A DNA stretch of 64,000 bases from the human T2T-CHM13v2.0 reference genome, Homo sapiens. Each line of letters opens with the position of its first letter. Within the stretch, counting starts at the first letter, position 1. Location of the stretch: assembly GCF_009914755.1 (NCBI RefSeq), contig NC_060935.1. One strand, given 5' to 3'. The translations under genes and the position numbers were made by a program. Shown here piece by piece: positions 29,200 through 41,803 of the stretch. The notes below the pieces were generated by a model that had not been told where the DNA came from, did not search any database, and saw only the letters and a program-made list of their open reading frames with translations.

Positions 29200-31160
29200 T
29201 CCAAAATTAAACAACTCTCACGTCTTAAAAAAAATTGTAAGCTCACACATTACTTCTGCTATAAACACTGGAAAAGATAGAAAGAAGAGTCTGTCTGCAC
29301 AGAGTAGAAAACCAGAGCAGCAGGTACAAAAGTGCTGGGAAAAATAATAAGAAAACTGAGAAGTATTTCTCTTACCAAAAATTAGTGTGTGCCATTTTTG
29401 CATAATTTTCTGTGATTTATGAAGCATCCATGCCAACTTCCTCTCAATACACCAAATTAGATAGCATACCTCAGAGTGAGCAACCATTGTTAAGCAAAGA
29501 CCCTGAAACTCTACCCCAGAAACATGTAATCCTGAACCAGTGAAATACAACCACCTCTGCACTGACACACAACAGCTGTTTAGGGTGTCCAAGGAATGGC
29601 CTGATGAAGATAGCAAGGAAAAACTGGAAAACTGAATACCAATTTCCAAATCTTTTAAACTTTATTAAGCTGTTGCAAAATTCAGGAAAAAATATGTAAG
29701 ATATATCTTTACTTTTAAATGGCAACAGGAAATTCTTGATAACTTCAAAATCATGAAAACTAGACGTAAGTGCTATATGCTTGTATGTTATTCATAATTT
29801 ATAATTTGCAAGGCCTTATCTTGTACATTATTTCTTTCAATTCACAAAATAATTTGGTGAGATCAGTAGAATTATCATCTCTACAGAATCAGCCTCTACA
29901 AATGAAGCTTAAAGAAGATAATTTCCCACAGTTGTTTAGGTAGGAAGTGGTGAAACCTAAAATCCCAGTCCCCTAAAACAAAGCCCTTTCCCTTGTATCA
30001 TGTGGTTCCTCTCAAAGAAGAAAAGGGAAATAAGAGTATCTTGTATTACAGAGGGAGAAAAAGTAACAGTGACTGCAAAATGGACAATGACTAAAGCATT
30101 GGAATGACGGGTTTCATCTCTCTTTCTCTACTCTTCTAAAGAATCTCCACATTTCCCCCTTTGAAAGGAAAATAAATAAACTAAGGGATACAAGCAATAA
30201 AAAAATAAAGACCCTCCCAGTTGCTTTCCATCCCCATGTTCCCTAACTTCACTCCTCCACTCTCTGAACCTTGTGGAACAATCATAGCAACATGGTACCA
30301 CCATAGTTGTGTGATAGACACTCAAAAAAGCCCCATGACTCAATTCAGGGAAAATGCCAAAGGAAAGCCCGAAAAAACCTAGAAAATGGAAAATAAAGCA
30401 ATTTTCCCTTATAGAACAGCAAGATAATTCTCTAGAGGAAAATATAATATAGCATGACTATACAGAAGCATTGCATGGTATGCTGTATGTGGTGAAAAAA
30501 AAAGTGGGGGAGCTAGAGTCTGGAAAATGGAAGAAACATGAAAAAGCAGAGAAGCCCATCTAGAATCTGTTATGCCTGCAGAATTCCGTGCCACAGAGTA
30601 AATAAAAACGCCTGCTTCAGAATTGTAAAATTTTCTGGGGAATCAAGGTCAATAAGCACGTCTACTCTTTCTCAGAACCAGAACATAGAATTTTCAACAT
30701 TCATGTGCAAGGAATGACAAGTCAGACACTTCATTGCAGAGGCAGCCACTGTGAAAATGGCCACACAGGATATACCTGTGATACTTCTAGTCATAGAGAT
30801 CTTTATAAGTCTGGTACTATGCCGTTAACTTATAAACACACGGTTCCAGATATGGTCTCACTGTTCTTCTTTCATTAATTCATTCGGTAAATACATATAT
30901 GTATATGCTTGACACTGTTCTAGCTTCTGAGGATAAAGCAGTGAACAAGATAAAATACCTGCCCTTATATACTTGCATTCTAAGTCAAATTAAACCACCT
31001 CTAAGATTTATTCCAACTCTAAGATTCTTAAATTGCAAACATCCCTGGTAGAAGGACAATTTGAGCATTTAAAGGAAAGGGACCACCTTCTAGCTTCAGC
31101 ATCTAGCATAATGCTTAGCACTCAATAAAGGTTTTTGAGTAAATGGAGAAAACTTCTTTA

Positions 31161-31385
31161 GAGATTGAGCATTCCCTAATCTGAAAATGCTCCAGAATCT
31201 GAAAATTTTTGAGCTCTGACACAATGGTCAAAAGACATGCTCATTGAAGCATTTTGGATTTTTAGATTTTCAGAAGAGGGATGTTCAATCCAATATCTGC
31301 AAATATTCCAAAATCCTCCCAAAAAAAGTCTGAAACTTGAAACTCTTCTGATCCCAAGCATTTTGGTTATGAGATACTCAACCTG
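31161..31385 (+). mobile_element. Tigger4a (MER46A) non-autonomous Tc1/mariner-pogo DNA transposon
   Basis: Terminal inverted repeats (TIRs) GAGATTGAGCATTCCCTAATCTGAAA ... GAGATACTCAACCTG with TA on both sides, and internal GAAGCATTTTGGATTTTTAGATTTTCAG. Confidence 0.85.
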
Positions 31386-31689
31386 TATTAAAGATGTAGA
31401 AACAGATTTAGTTGGTTAAATAAATCACAATGGTAGGTGGTAGGGCTAAGAACCATGCCCTGTCTGAGTGCTATTCTAGGAACACCTTATAATTTTGATA
31501 AAAACAGGTTAAAACTTTATTTTTAAGGACTACTTGGTTACTAAAAGTCAGTACTCCAACAGTTAGTCTCTGCATCTTTGCTTATCTGTGTACTTATTAA
31601 TACCATACAATTTAACACTTAGTTTTTCTCTAATTGGCATCAAGAAATAAGATTTGAATGAGCTTAAAGATAAAAAAAAAAAAGTACGT

Positions 31690-31860
31690 TAGAAGTTATC
31701 TGGCTCTAGCCTCTCACTTTTCAGATGAGGGAACTAACCAGATAAGCATGGAAATTTGCCTGAAGTCCCACAGCTAACCCATGGCAGACCTAGCACAAAA
31801 ACCCAAGTCTTCTGACACTTAGCCAGATGTTCTTTTCCATCACCACACTGTCCATTCTAA
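31690..31860 (-). mobile_element. MIR/MIR3 fragment
   Basis: CACTTTTCAGATGAGGGAACT..TTGCCTGAAGTCCCACAGCTA..ACCCAAGTCTTCTGAC. Confidence 0.7.
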
Positions 31861-32329
31861 CTTCCTCGATGGTAGGAACTACTTGTTCAATGTTTTGGGT
31901 ATTTCCACGAACATGCAGAAAGTATATAATGCTACTGGCATATTATATTACCCAACAAATTAACTATAAAGAATTTTATTTTTCAAACCTGACTTTTCCT
32001 CCTCCCTGAAATTTCTCTATTCCAGTTGGGCTAAAAAATTTGTAACAGCTTCTGAACCAAGATCCTGGCCTAAAAGATTCCAGCAGGAATTTGCTAAGCT
32101 TAATGCAGAACAAGAATAACTATCCTAACATTCTTTTACCAGAAAAAAATGTCAGGACTTACAGGATAAGCCCATTCCAATTAGGTTTTTCCAAAAAAAT
32201 AACTTAGTAGCCCAAAGACTTGCATTTTCAGGAAAACAGCCTATCTACTAGCCTAGCTGAAAGGAAATCTTCCTGAGCTGCACTTACAAACTTGATCTAC
32301 TCTCCAACCTGGCCTCCCTCAAAGAGGTG

Positions 32330-32830
32330 TCAGAGGTTGCACAAGAGCACTAAATTGAGGGCAACAAGACTGTTCTGGTTCTGTCACTTATAAGTTATTT
32401 GACATTGGGCAAAATCACTTATCTTCCTTGTGTTTATTTTACCCATCTGTAAAATATGGATAATAATATTTACCCTGATTACCTCACAAGGTAATAAGGT
32501 AGAACACATGAGCAAATGGTCATAACATCAATTTGAAAAGTATAAAACACCATACAAATGTAAGGTAGAGCAATTAATTGCTAGTATTATCACGCACAAT
32601 GACTATGTATTTCAGAGGCCAGGAAGCTATCTTGTAAATCCAGTTAGAAAAGGGCAGAGGCAGTGTGACATAGCAGGAATATCAAAACTTTGGAGTCAGA
32701 TAACTATAGATATGAATTCAGATCCCACGATTTTGACAAGCTGTTCAAATTATTTAAGCCTCAATTTTCCCATCTGTAAAACTGGGATTGTACTACTGTG
32801 GAACTATTATAAAGAACAAGTAACACATAC
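32330..32830 (+). mobile_element. Two MIR elements (~32330-32590; ~32655-32830, the second interrupted by MER44A)
   Basis: Cores TTGGGCAAAATCACTT..CCCATCTGTAAAAT and TTTGGAGTCAGA..GCCTCAATTTTCCCATCTGTAAAA. Confidence 0.75.
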
Positions 32831-32834
32831 TTTT

Positions 32835-33157
32835 ATCTCGGCCATTATCCACAGTTTTGCTTTCTGCAGTTTCTGTTACCCAGAGTCAACCAAAGTCCAA
32901 AAATAGGTGAGTATAGCACAATAAGATAACTTAAGAGACACGTTCACATAATTTTTATTATAGTATATTGTTATATTGTTCCATTTTATTGTTGTTGTTC
33001 ATCTCTTACTGTACCTAATTTATAAATTAAACTTTACCACAGGTTTGTGTGTATAGGAGAAAAACAGAGTACGGATAGGGTTCAGTACTATCTGTGGTTT
33101 CAGTCATCCACTGAGGGTCTTGAAACACATCCCCATCAGATAAACAGGGAAGTACTG
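32835..33157 (+). mobile_element. MER44A (Tigger7-family) DNA transposon
   Basis: Matches remembered consensus blocks AAAATAGGTGAGTA.., CCTAATTTATAAATTAAACTTTA, ATAGGGTTCAGTACTATCTGTGGTTTCAG.CATCCACTG.GGGTCTTG. Confidence 0.8.
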
Positions 33158-33208
33158 TGTGTGTGTGTGTGTGTGTGTGTTTGTGTGTGTGCATGCACGT
33201 GTGTGTGT
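33156..33208 (+). repeat. (TG)n microsatellite, imperfect
   Basis: About 12 perfect TG units followed by interrupted TG/CA alternation. Confidence 0.95.
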
Positions 33209-35753
33209 ATGTATCTTGTATGGTATAAAATAGTAATTATTATTATCATAAATAAATTTCCTCTTCTAGAGGGCTTAGAACTTCAGGGTTTTATCAGTCA
33301 TTCCACCATGTAAACAATTTTAATATCTATAATGTAAACCCCACCAACCACAAAAACAACATTCTTGATCAACATAGTAAAAAAAAATTAGATGTTAATT
33401 AACCAGCATATTAGAAATCAGGCCAGAGTTTAGGAGCCAGTTCTATCAATGGGTATTTTCTCAGTCACTCAGACAAACTGTTGTGCTTATTTCAAATCCA
33501 ATGCACTGAGGCTTTCTTTGTGACTGGATTGTTGGACTGCTGCCTGCATTTCTGTCTTCTGTGAAAATGCCAAATGTATAGAAATTTCAGTCACCAGATT
33601 AGATGCTCGTCTTAACAATATATTATGCTGTTTGGTGTCATGTTGACATCCTGTTGACGATGTTCATGATTTTTTATGCCTTCATTTTGTTCTTTGGTTT
33701 CACTAAAAAGTAAAAAGCTCTTAGACTAATGAATTCAAACTCTTTTCAGACACAGTGCTGCTTCCCTTCCATGAGAAAAGGATATATTTCTGGTTGCAGA
33801 CATATGTGGCACAGACATGAGATCACAGCTTTAAGCTTAATAGAAGAACATAACAATCTATTCACTGTTTACACTTTAGCCCAAAGGGCAGCTGGAAATC
33901 ACAACCAGCCATATGCAGTGCCGAACAAGTGGTCATGACTTTATTAATAAAGCCAAGCATTAACAAATAAGATTCTGGGAATAGTACAGTGAGGGGCAGG
34001 AGTCTCTCACCCTAGGCCCCTCTAAGTACTAGGCATAGGGCCCAGGCTATTGTTCAGAATGTCCTTTGGGATTAGACTATTCTCTCTGCCAGGATTTCAT
34101 TTGCCATCTTTCATATTTCCCAGTTCTCCCATACAGTGTTTAATCAGCTGCTGGTTGGAAAGGGCTTCCTATTCTTCCTGCATCCTGACATCCTGAAAAG
34201 GGAGCAAGTTATAAAATTATCTACATGCAACTGAAACAAATCGCACATATAGATATGTTTTTGTACCATAAAGAGCTATTTCAAGCAGAGAAAAAGATGC
34301 AAATAATCTCTCACTTAATCCTTCCCAGTCTATGACAGGTATGGGTAATATTATCCACAATCTATAATGATAACAGATATTGAGAAAGGCTTAAGGACAC
34401 TGCAAGCAAATTGTAGAACAAAGATATAAACCCAGGTCAAATTCCATGTTTTCACCATTCAATGACTACCACAGAGAACTGATTACTTGATAGTCCATAG
34501 CCTATCATCACAATTACTTTCTTTCTGCATTGAGATATACACAAATTTACTAGGAAAACTTACTACTCAAAGTGAACCACTGTTTAACACTGAAGCATTT
34601 CTTACATACATCAGTACCACAATTTGCAAATTTTCTATCTGGTCCCTTCACTTTCTTTCCATATCTAACAGATACTGTCAGGTGATAAATTTGTAACCCA
34701 AATACGAACATCATAACACAAGTGTAAGAGCATAAAACCATCAAAACATGTACAAGCCTTCATCGAAGTGAATAAGCTCTATTAGGTCAGCAGAAATTAA
34801 ATAATCAATAACTCTTATAAAGATAACTACACCCCCTAAATCTATAAAAATTTAAAAATGTTTAAGATGACTGCTCATATAGATGGTACAGGCATCTGAT
34901 ATTTGCTAGAATAACTAGTTCATCCAAAGTGAAGTTTATTCAAGTGTAATGGGTAGAGATAGAAAATCTAAATCTACAGGTTAGCTCCTCAGACAAGTTC
35001 TAAGATATAGTTTAGACTTTGAGAAGGCACATTTTGCTTCTATGTATGTTCTAATTTTGGTTTTGTTCTGTTTCTGAAACAGAAGTGAAGTTCCTTGTTT
35101 TGAAGTATACTGTCTTTTTATGAGAATTATCACTTTCAGGCTTAATATATCTTCAGTTTTCAACTGGGTCCAAATGAAGACTGAATTCAGAAAAACAAGA
35201 GCAGAGGAAAGAACAATGTTCCAAATGCACCCTCCCTCACACCATGCTAGATTTATGATAGGCTAGAAGAGACAGTATACATACTGAGATCTTTAATGAT
35301 GCCACTGGTGGCCCAAGTCATTCACAAAGTTATGACACAAAGCGTAACCACATTTTCTCCCTTGGGGCTTAAAGGAAAGAACCTACTCCCAAAGTACAGA
35401 TAGTACTGCGTATCCACAGTATGAAGCAAAAGGAAGAAAGAGAATAGCCCAGTGAAGTGCAAGATTTATCTCAGATAACTTTCCCAGGAATTATAAATCA
35501 CCTTGGAAGACTGCTCTCAATCTCACCCTCAGCTTAGACACATCACAAAATAAAATGCATGATTTACAAATTCTAGGAGCTTATCACCACAACAGTGTGA
35601 ATCAAAATGGCACAATGGCTAAAATTTCCAAAGGACTAAACACCAATATTAGCATAAAGAGAAACTGTTATCTGGCACCTTGAGGTTTGTATATATACAA
35701 ATAATACATGTACATTATAAAAGTAACTTTCCTAAAAAGCATTAAATCTAATA

Positions 35754-35956
35754 CAGTAGGGAAAGTCTTCACTTATCATCAGTGGGTTCTTGGAAACTGA
35801 AACTTTATATAAAACAACCTATAACAAAACCAATTTTTTTCTCATAGTTATAACAAAACATTATTAATCTCATTATTCAGGGACTTACTGCATGTCTTTT
35901 CACTTAAAGTCGCGGCTTCCATGAACCTATTGATGATGTTAAGTGAGGACTTACTA
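35754..35956 (+). mobile_element. MER6B-like miniature DNA transposon
   Basis: About 50-bp imperfect TIRs (AAGTCTTCACTTA..GGTTCTTGGAAACTG / CTTCCATGAACCTATTGATGATGTTAAGTGAGGACTTACT) with TA flanks. Confidence 0.8.
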
Positions 35957-36155
35957 TAGTCTCTTACTTGTCTATTGGCCACGAAATAATTCTTCAATTG
36001 ACTAGCACTCCCATTATGTTTTGCAAATTATAGCAGACAACAGAGGCATAGCAAAAAGAGCATTGAACACAATAAAACTGCAATAAACTATAGGTCTCTA
36101 GTCTGTTTCTCTCCAATATCTAGATTTATTAAAATTTCAGATTAAAGAGGGAAAA

Positions 36156-36376
36156 GATCAGCCTAGCCAACATAGTAAAACCCCATCTCTACAAAAAATT
36201 CAAATGTTGGCTAGGCATGGTGGCACACACCTGTAGTCCCAGCTACTCAGAAGGCTGAGGCATGTGAATCATTTGTGCCCAGGAGGTCAAGGCTGCAGTG
36301 AGCCGCAATCTCACCACTGCACTCCAGCCTAAGTGAAAGGGTGAGACCCTGTCTCAAAAATCATAATAATAATAAA
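36156..36376 (+). mobile_element. 5'-truncated AluJ
   Basis: End of the left arm plus right arm with J-type CCCAGGAGGTCAAGGCTGCAGTGAGC and a (TAA)n tail. Confidence 0.88.
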
Positions 36377-36384
36377 AGAATTAA

Positions 36385-37105
36385 AAAATGTCTTTTCAAC
36401 AAATGGTGCTTGGAAAACTGCATATCTACCTATTTAAAAAATGAAGTTTAACCCTTATCTTATGCTTATTTTTAAAATTAATTGAAAATGAATCAAAAAC
36501 AAAAGCTAAATCTATAAAACTCAGATAAGAAACCTTAGAGGAAATCATCATGACATTGAAGATTTCTTAAATATGACACAAGCAACAAAAAAAATCAGAT
36601 AATTGGATTTCATCAAATTAAAAACTTTTGTGCATCAAAGTAAACTATCAAGAAAATGAAAAGACAACCCAGAGAATGGGAGAAAATTTTGCAAATCATA
36701 TATCTAATAACGGGTGAGTATGTAGCATATATTTAAAAACTGCTACAACTCAACAACATCAAAAACAACAACCCAATTCAACAATGAGCAAAAATTTGAA
36801 TAGATATTTCTCCAAAGTATGTATATAGGCCAGGTGCTGTGGCTTATCCCTGTAATTCCATCATTGAGGGAGGTAGAGGTGGGAGGATAGCTTGAGGAAT
36901 TCAAGACTAGCCTGGGCAACATAGCGAGACTCTGTTCTCCACAAAAAGGAAACCAACCAAACAAAAAAGAATGTATACGAATGACAATAAATATATGAAA
37001 AGATGTTCAAGATCATCAGTCATTAGGCAAAGCAAATCAAAACAATGAGATACCACTTCATGTCCATTAGGATGGCTATTACTAAAAAAAATGAAAAATA
37101 ACATT
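36385..37105 (+). mobile_element. Old L1M fragment (ORF2 3' region), interrupted by a FLAM
   Basis: TTCAACAAATGGTGCTTGGAAAACTG, AATTGGATTTCATCAAATTAAAAACTTTTGTGCATCAAAG, GAATGGGAGAAAATTTTGCAAATCATATATCT. Confidence 0.9.
36828..36967 (+). mobile_element. FLAM (free left Alu monomer)
   Basis: Single Alu monomer with an A-rich tail. Degenerate TSD AAAG(T/A)ATGTATA. Confidence 0.85.
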
Positions 37106-37596
37106 TGCCCCATCTACAGCTAACTCCCTATTCAAGTAATTCCTCAAATGTCATATTCTCAATGAGTTCTTCTCTGATCATCCTATTTAATATTGTTTCT
37201 TTCCACCAGTCTCCCTTACTCTAATCTCTATTTTTTCTTTTTCTATAGCATTCATAAACTCCTAACATACTATATAATATACTTACTTGTTATGCTTATT
37301 GTTGTCTGTTCCATGAGAACTGAAAAGTATTTGTTTTATTCACTAATATATTTTAAGTACAAGAATCAATTAATTAGTTTCTTGCCTGGAGATAGAAGAG
37401 AGTTTAAAAGTTTTGTAAACCAAGTCATTCTTTAATCAGTTCTTATCCTCTTCAACACCAAATATTATCTTCCATTTATCATTAACAAATAACCAAAATA
37501 CAATGGCTTAAAATGTAGTGAGTGTTTTACATTACTAATTATTTCAATAGAATGAGGTCTCAAAATTTTATTCATGCCCTAACATTCACAGTGTAT

Positions 37597-38243
37597 ATGC
37601 CAGTTATTCATTTATTGTCTCTTGATTCCATATCACTCTTCAATTCTCTGCCTTGTGATGCTGGGGCACGATATTTCCCAGACTTCATTGCCAGCTGGCT
37701 TCCTGTCAGGTTCTGCCAATGAGAGAGACTAGTAAGAAACTAGAAGGTGGGAAGAGACAACGGACTTCCTTCCTCTAACTACTGTCCATCATCCCTCCAG
37801 CAGCAAAAGACATTTATGGCTGCACCATTTATGTTTCCACCAGCAATGGCTTCTTTCAGCCCTCCCAATACCAGCTGCCTAAGCCCCTCGCAAGTACCAG
37901 CACCAGCTGGCCACCATCCTCTCAGTGATTACAGCATAAGCCATGCCATGTTCTTCTCAGTGGTCTGAACAGAAGTCATGGAGCACATCCTCCCCATCAC
38001 AAGTCCAAGCCCCAATCACAAGCTTTTCCAAGCTTGTAGGTTTCAGTAACACAAATTTTTCCATTTTTTTCCATCAGCCCCATGGCTGGTAGCTGCTTCA
38101 TACAGTTATTAATATCTGGGTTACCTCAGCCTCCTTTTTTGCTTTTTTAGTTTTCCAATGCCTATGTAACAAATTCCTTCAATGAAATCCCAAGTATTTG
38201 AACAACTTATCATGTTTTTTGTCCTGACTAGACATGGCTATAT
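37597..38243 (+). mobile_element. ERVL-type solo LTR (LTR33 family)
   Basis: TGCCAGTTATTCATTTATTGTCTC start, GCCAGCTGGCTTCCTGTCAGGTTCTGCCAATG core, TGTAACAAATTCC..GTCCTGACTAGAC end. Confidence 0.75.
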
Positions 38244-38439
38244 CTGGTAGAGTATAACACTTCAGGCAGACCAAAAGATTGACAGCAGAATAAATTTATA
38301 ATTTTGTCCCTTAGAATTTATATAATTCAGATTTGTTATATTATCTTAACCAAAAAGTTATAAAATAGGTCTTTAAAATAGAACCAAAAAAATGGATTGA
38401 GATCCAGAAGTGCTATGTTCATATCTGTACACTCTCATA

Positions 38440-39490
38440 GAGTTTATCTCCAACCCACTCCTCCCTCTTGCCTACTCCATATCTCCATTTGGAGGTCTAA
38501 CATGCATCTCAAACTTAACAAGTCCAGAACTGAGCTTTTGATATTCCCTCTAAACCCTGTACCTTCCAAAGCCTTTCCCATCTTGCTTGCAACTCCATCC
38601 TTAGCTTCTCAGGCCAGAATCCTAGAGTCATCCTTGATTCCTTTCTTTCTATCATCCAACAAATCCAATCTGTCAGAAAGCCCCGTGAGTTCTTCATTCA
38701 ACATATATTCGGAATATAACCACTTCTCACTACCTCCACTACTACTCAAAGCCACCAAGAACTCTCACTTAGGTTACTGTAATAGCCGCTTAAGTGGTCA
38801 CCCTGTTTCTACTCTTCTTCATCCCTATAATTTATTCCCAGAAACAACCAAAATGATCCTTTTAAAATAAACATGAGTCAGATCATACCACTTCTTTGCT
38901 CAAAATGTTCCAATGGCTCCCCATCTCCCACAGAGTAAAAGCCAAATCCTCACAATGACCTACACATTCCTATTTAACCCGGCCCCTGTCATTTTTCTGA
39001 CTTCATTTCCTATTATTTCCCCCCTTCACTCATTTGTCTCCAGCCACTCTGATCTCATCCCTCCCTGTACCTTGAACATACCAAGCACACTTCTACCTCA
39101 GAGTCTGCACTGGTCCCTCCCTCTGCCTGGAATGCTCTTCCCCCAGATATCTGCATGGTTCCCTTTCTCTTTTACCTCAAGTTTTTAGGCAAAAATTTTA
39201 TTCTCAATGATACCCTCCCTGACTATCCTATTTAAAGTTGCACATATACCTCCACCCTGGGTGCTCCCTATCCCCCTTTTTTGTTTTATTTTCTCCATAG
39301 CATTTATCTTCTACCTTGCTTTATAATAACTTACTTTTTCTTTTTTTAAAAAAAAAATAAATTGCCTGTTTCCCTCTACTAGAACGTAAGCTCCTTGAGG
39401 GCAGAGATTTCTGTTTTGATCATTGATGTATCTCCAATCCCCAGCTGGTGCCTAGCAATAGTAAGTGCTCAGTAAACACTGTTGAATAAA
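38440..39490 (+). mobile_element. LINE-2 (L2a-like) ~1-kb 3' fragment
   Basis: CATCTCAAACTTAACAAGTCCAGAACTGAGCT, CCCTCTGCCTGGAATGCTCTTCCCCCAGAT, AAGCTCCTTGAGGGCAGAGA, terminus GTGCTCAGTAAACACTGTTGAAT. Confidence 0.9.
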
Positions 39491-39619
39491 ATTCCAAACT
39501 CCAAAGCGCCAAAGAATAATGAATATGTGTACATAGACACATTATGTGATACATGTTGCATATGTATAAATACTATCTTGCCTTCATTCTAAAGTGTAAA
39601 ATTGTATTACAAACTCTAA

Positions 39620-39785
39620 TATTATAGTATTACTACACCAAAATTACTACGTGCCTTTGTTTTTACTGAGTCACTTGAGATCAGGTGTAGAATTTTCTAC
39701 TTCTGGCATCATATCGGCACTCAAAACATTTTAGATTTTGGAGCATTTCAGATTTTGGATTTTCAGATTAGGGTTGCTCGACCTG
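39620..39785 (+). mobile_element. Tigger4/Tigger4b terminal fragment
   Basis: TCAGGTGTAGAATTTTCTACTT..GGAGCATTTCAGATTTTGGATTTTCAGATTAGGG.TGCTC.ACCTG followed by TA. Confidence 0.8.
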
Positions 39786-41665
39786 TAATACATTTAAAGA
39801 ACTTTAGCACAATGGCTGGGTCATAGATAATACTCAGTATATGTTAGCTAATATTATTATAAAAGGGACCTAATATTTGTTAAATGACAGGTAAAACCTC
39901 CCAAATTCAACATTTTATACTGCCTTAATTTGTTTACATTGTGAGTGTACTGAAAGCAAGAATCATATTTTATGCTTCTTTTGTATCTGGCATTGTATTG
40001 AACATATTAGTTCAATAAATAATTAGTTTATTGATTGATTAATGACATATATTGTTAAATCTCCTGAAAGTATAGACTGTGAAAGCCAGGTAACTCAAGA
40101 TGACCAGAATAAATAAAACAGGACCTAAGAAAAGCAAGTTATTCAATTCTGCATCCTCATCACACTAACTAGGTATGATACTAAAGTATACCAAATACTT
40201 ATTTTTAATATATAATAGACATATGTATATTTTCTAGTAGAAAAGGAATAATGATAAGTTAATGGCATAGGAATAAAAGACAAAAAGAAAGAAAAAGTAG
40301 AGACAGATGGCAGACTTTAAAATTGTAGAGCCAACTAATCAAGGTTGTTAGAAGTCACCAGGGAGAGTAAAGCACTAACAGAGACTTCAGTTGACAGCAA
40401 AGGGTGGGACTTTGTTGGAAAGGCCACTTCTCCAAAACACCATTCACAGATAAGCCCAGTTGAGTGACAGCTATAATAACTGACTCCAAAATATACAGTT
40501 AACGACTGGTCACAAGAAGCTAGAACACTGATTTTTCACAGGAGAGGAATTGCAGAATAATTTAAATAAAAGCAAAGTAATAAGAGAATAAAATCATCAT
40601 TAACCACCCTTGAGATGTTGATGGAGAGAGCCAGTAGAGATTAGTCAATTTGATATCACCAGCTGGACACGTGGATGGAACAACTGGAACTGAAAGATCC
40701 TTAGAAAAAAAGTAAAATTAAGGTTCTGATATAAAAATGTGATTTCATTTATATGAATCCCTGCCCATCACTAGGAAGATTTCATTTTTTGTCCTTATGC
40801 CATAAAAGTTCACATTAGTTAGTGCGAACTATGTTCAGAACTTGCCATGCTCATACATATGATATAACCATTTTTTTCGCAAAGGTAATTTCATGGTATG
40901 TAGATATATTTAGGAAGAAAAAATAGTGAGAAGGAAAATTGGCATTGTACAGAATGTTATTCCTAATAGTGTGTTAGTATATGAATACATATACATCTAT
41001 AAGCAACAGTGCACAAAAATAAAATTTCATCGTAAAACTGTGGTTACGGCAAAACTATCTCAACTTTTTGTTTCTAACATATTTTCATCCTTCACAGGCA
41101 GAATGACAACCACAAAGGACAATTCACGATATGCAGTTCTATATGTCTACAAAATGTAAAGCAGTAAATTCTAGACACATGCCTAAAAGAGAGATGTGTC
41201 AGCAGTCAATCCAAGCAAACGGGTCCTTCTTCAGTTTCTGTCCCACTGTTTCAGATGCCCTGTCTTACCTCACTCTTCCTTTCACACTTTGTTTTGTTCC
41301 ATTGGTCTAACTTCCTTCTTGGGGTTACTCTTTCACTACTAAATAAACTTAAACTCCTACAATATTAGATAGTTCTTATCATCTGTAACATCTTCCCTTA
41401 CAGCTCTAGAAACAGTAAATCTTGCAAGTAAGTGATGCAGTATCACACTTGAGAATTTAATTTATAGGTTTCTATAATTTCCAGAGATACAATCATACCC
41501 AGGCATTGTCAATTTTTTATTGCAAAAGTTTGTAGGTTTTCTGGTTGATATGTGCTTAACTCTAATCCTTAAGAATAAAAGTAAACAACAAATACATTGA
41601 ATAAACACATATGTGTATACATATTATATGTTCTGAACATTATTAGGTCATAACCATGCTGAAAT

Positions 41666-41803
41666 GAAAAGAAAGGGGGAGGGAGGGAGGGAGAGAGGAA
41701 GGAAGGAAGGAAGGAAGGAAGGAAGGAAGGAAGGAAGGAAGGGAGGGAGGAAGGGAGGGAGAAGGGGAAGGGAGGGAGAAGGGGAAGGGAAGAAGGAAGG
41801 AAG
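41666..41803 (+). repeat. GGAA/GGGA microsatellite, pure purine tract
   Basis: (GGAA)11 at 41697-41740 inside 138 consecutive purines, with GGGA-type runs on both sides. Confidence 0.97.

Noticed and set aside
29218-29725. 143-aa and 84-aa minus-strand ORFs
   Set aside because: Non-ATG starts, low-information composition, no recognisable domain or exon boundaries.
38397-39188. 157-aa and 91-aa plus-strand ORFs
   Set aside because: They lie within a decayed LINE-2 and are residual retroelement frames, not host genes.
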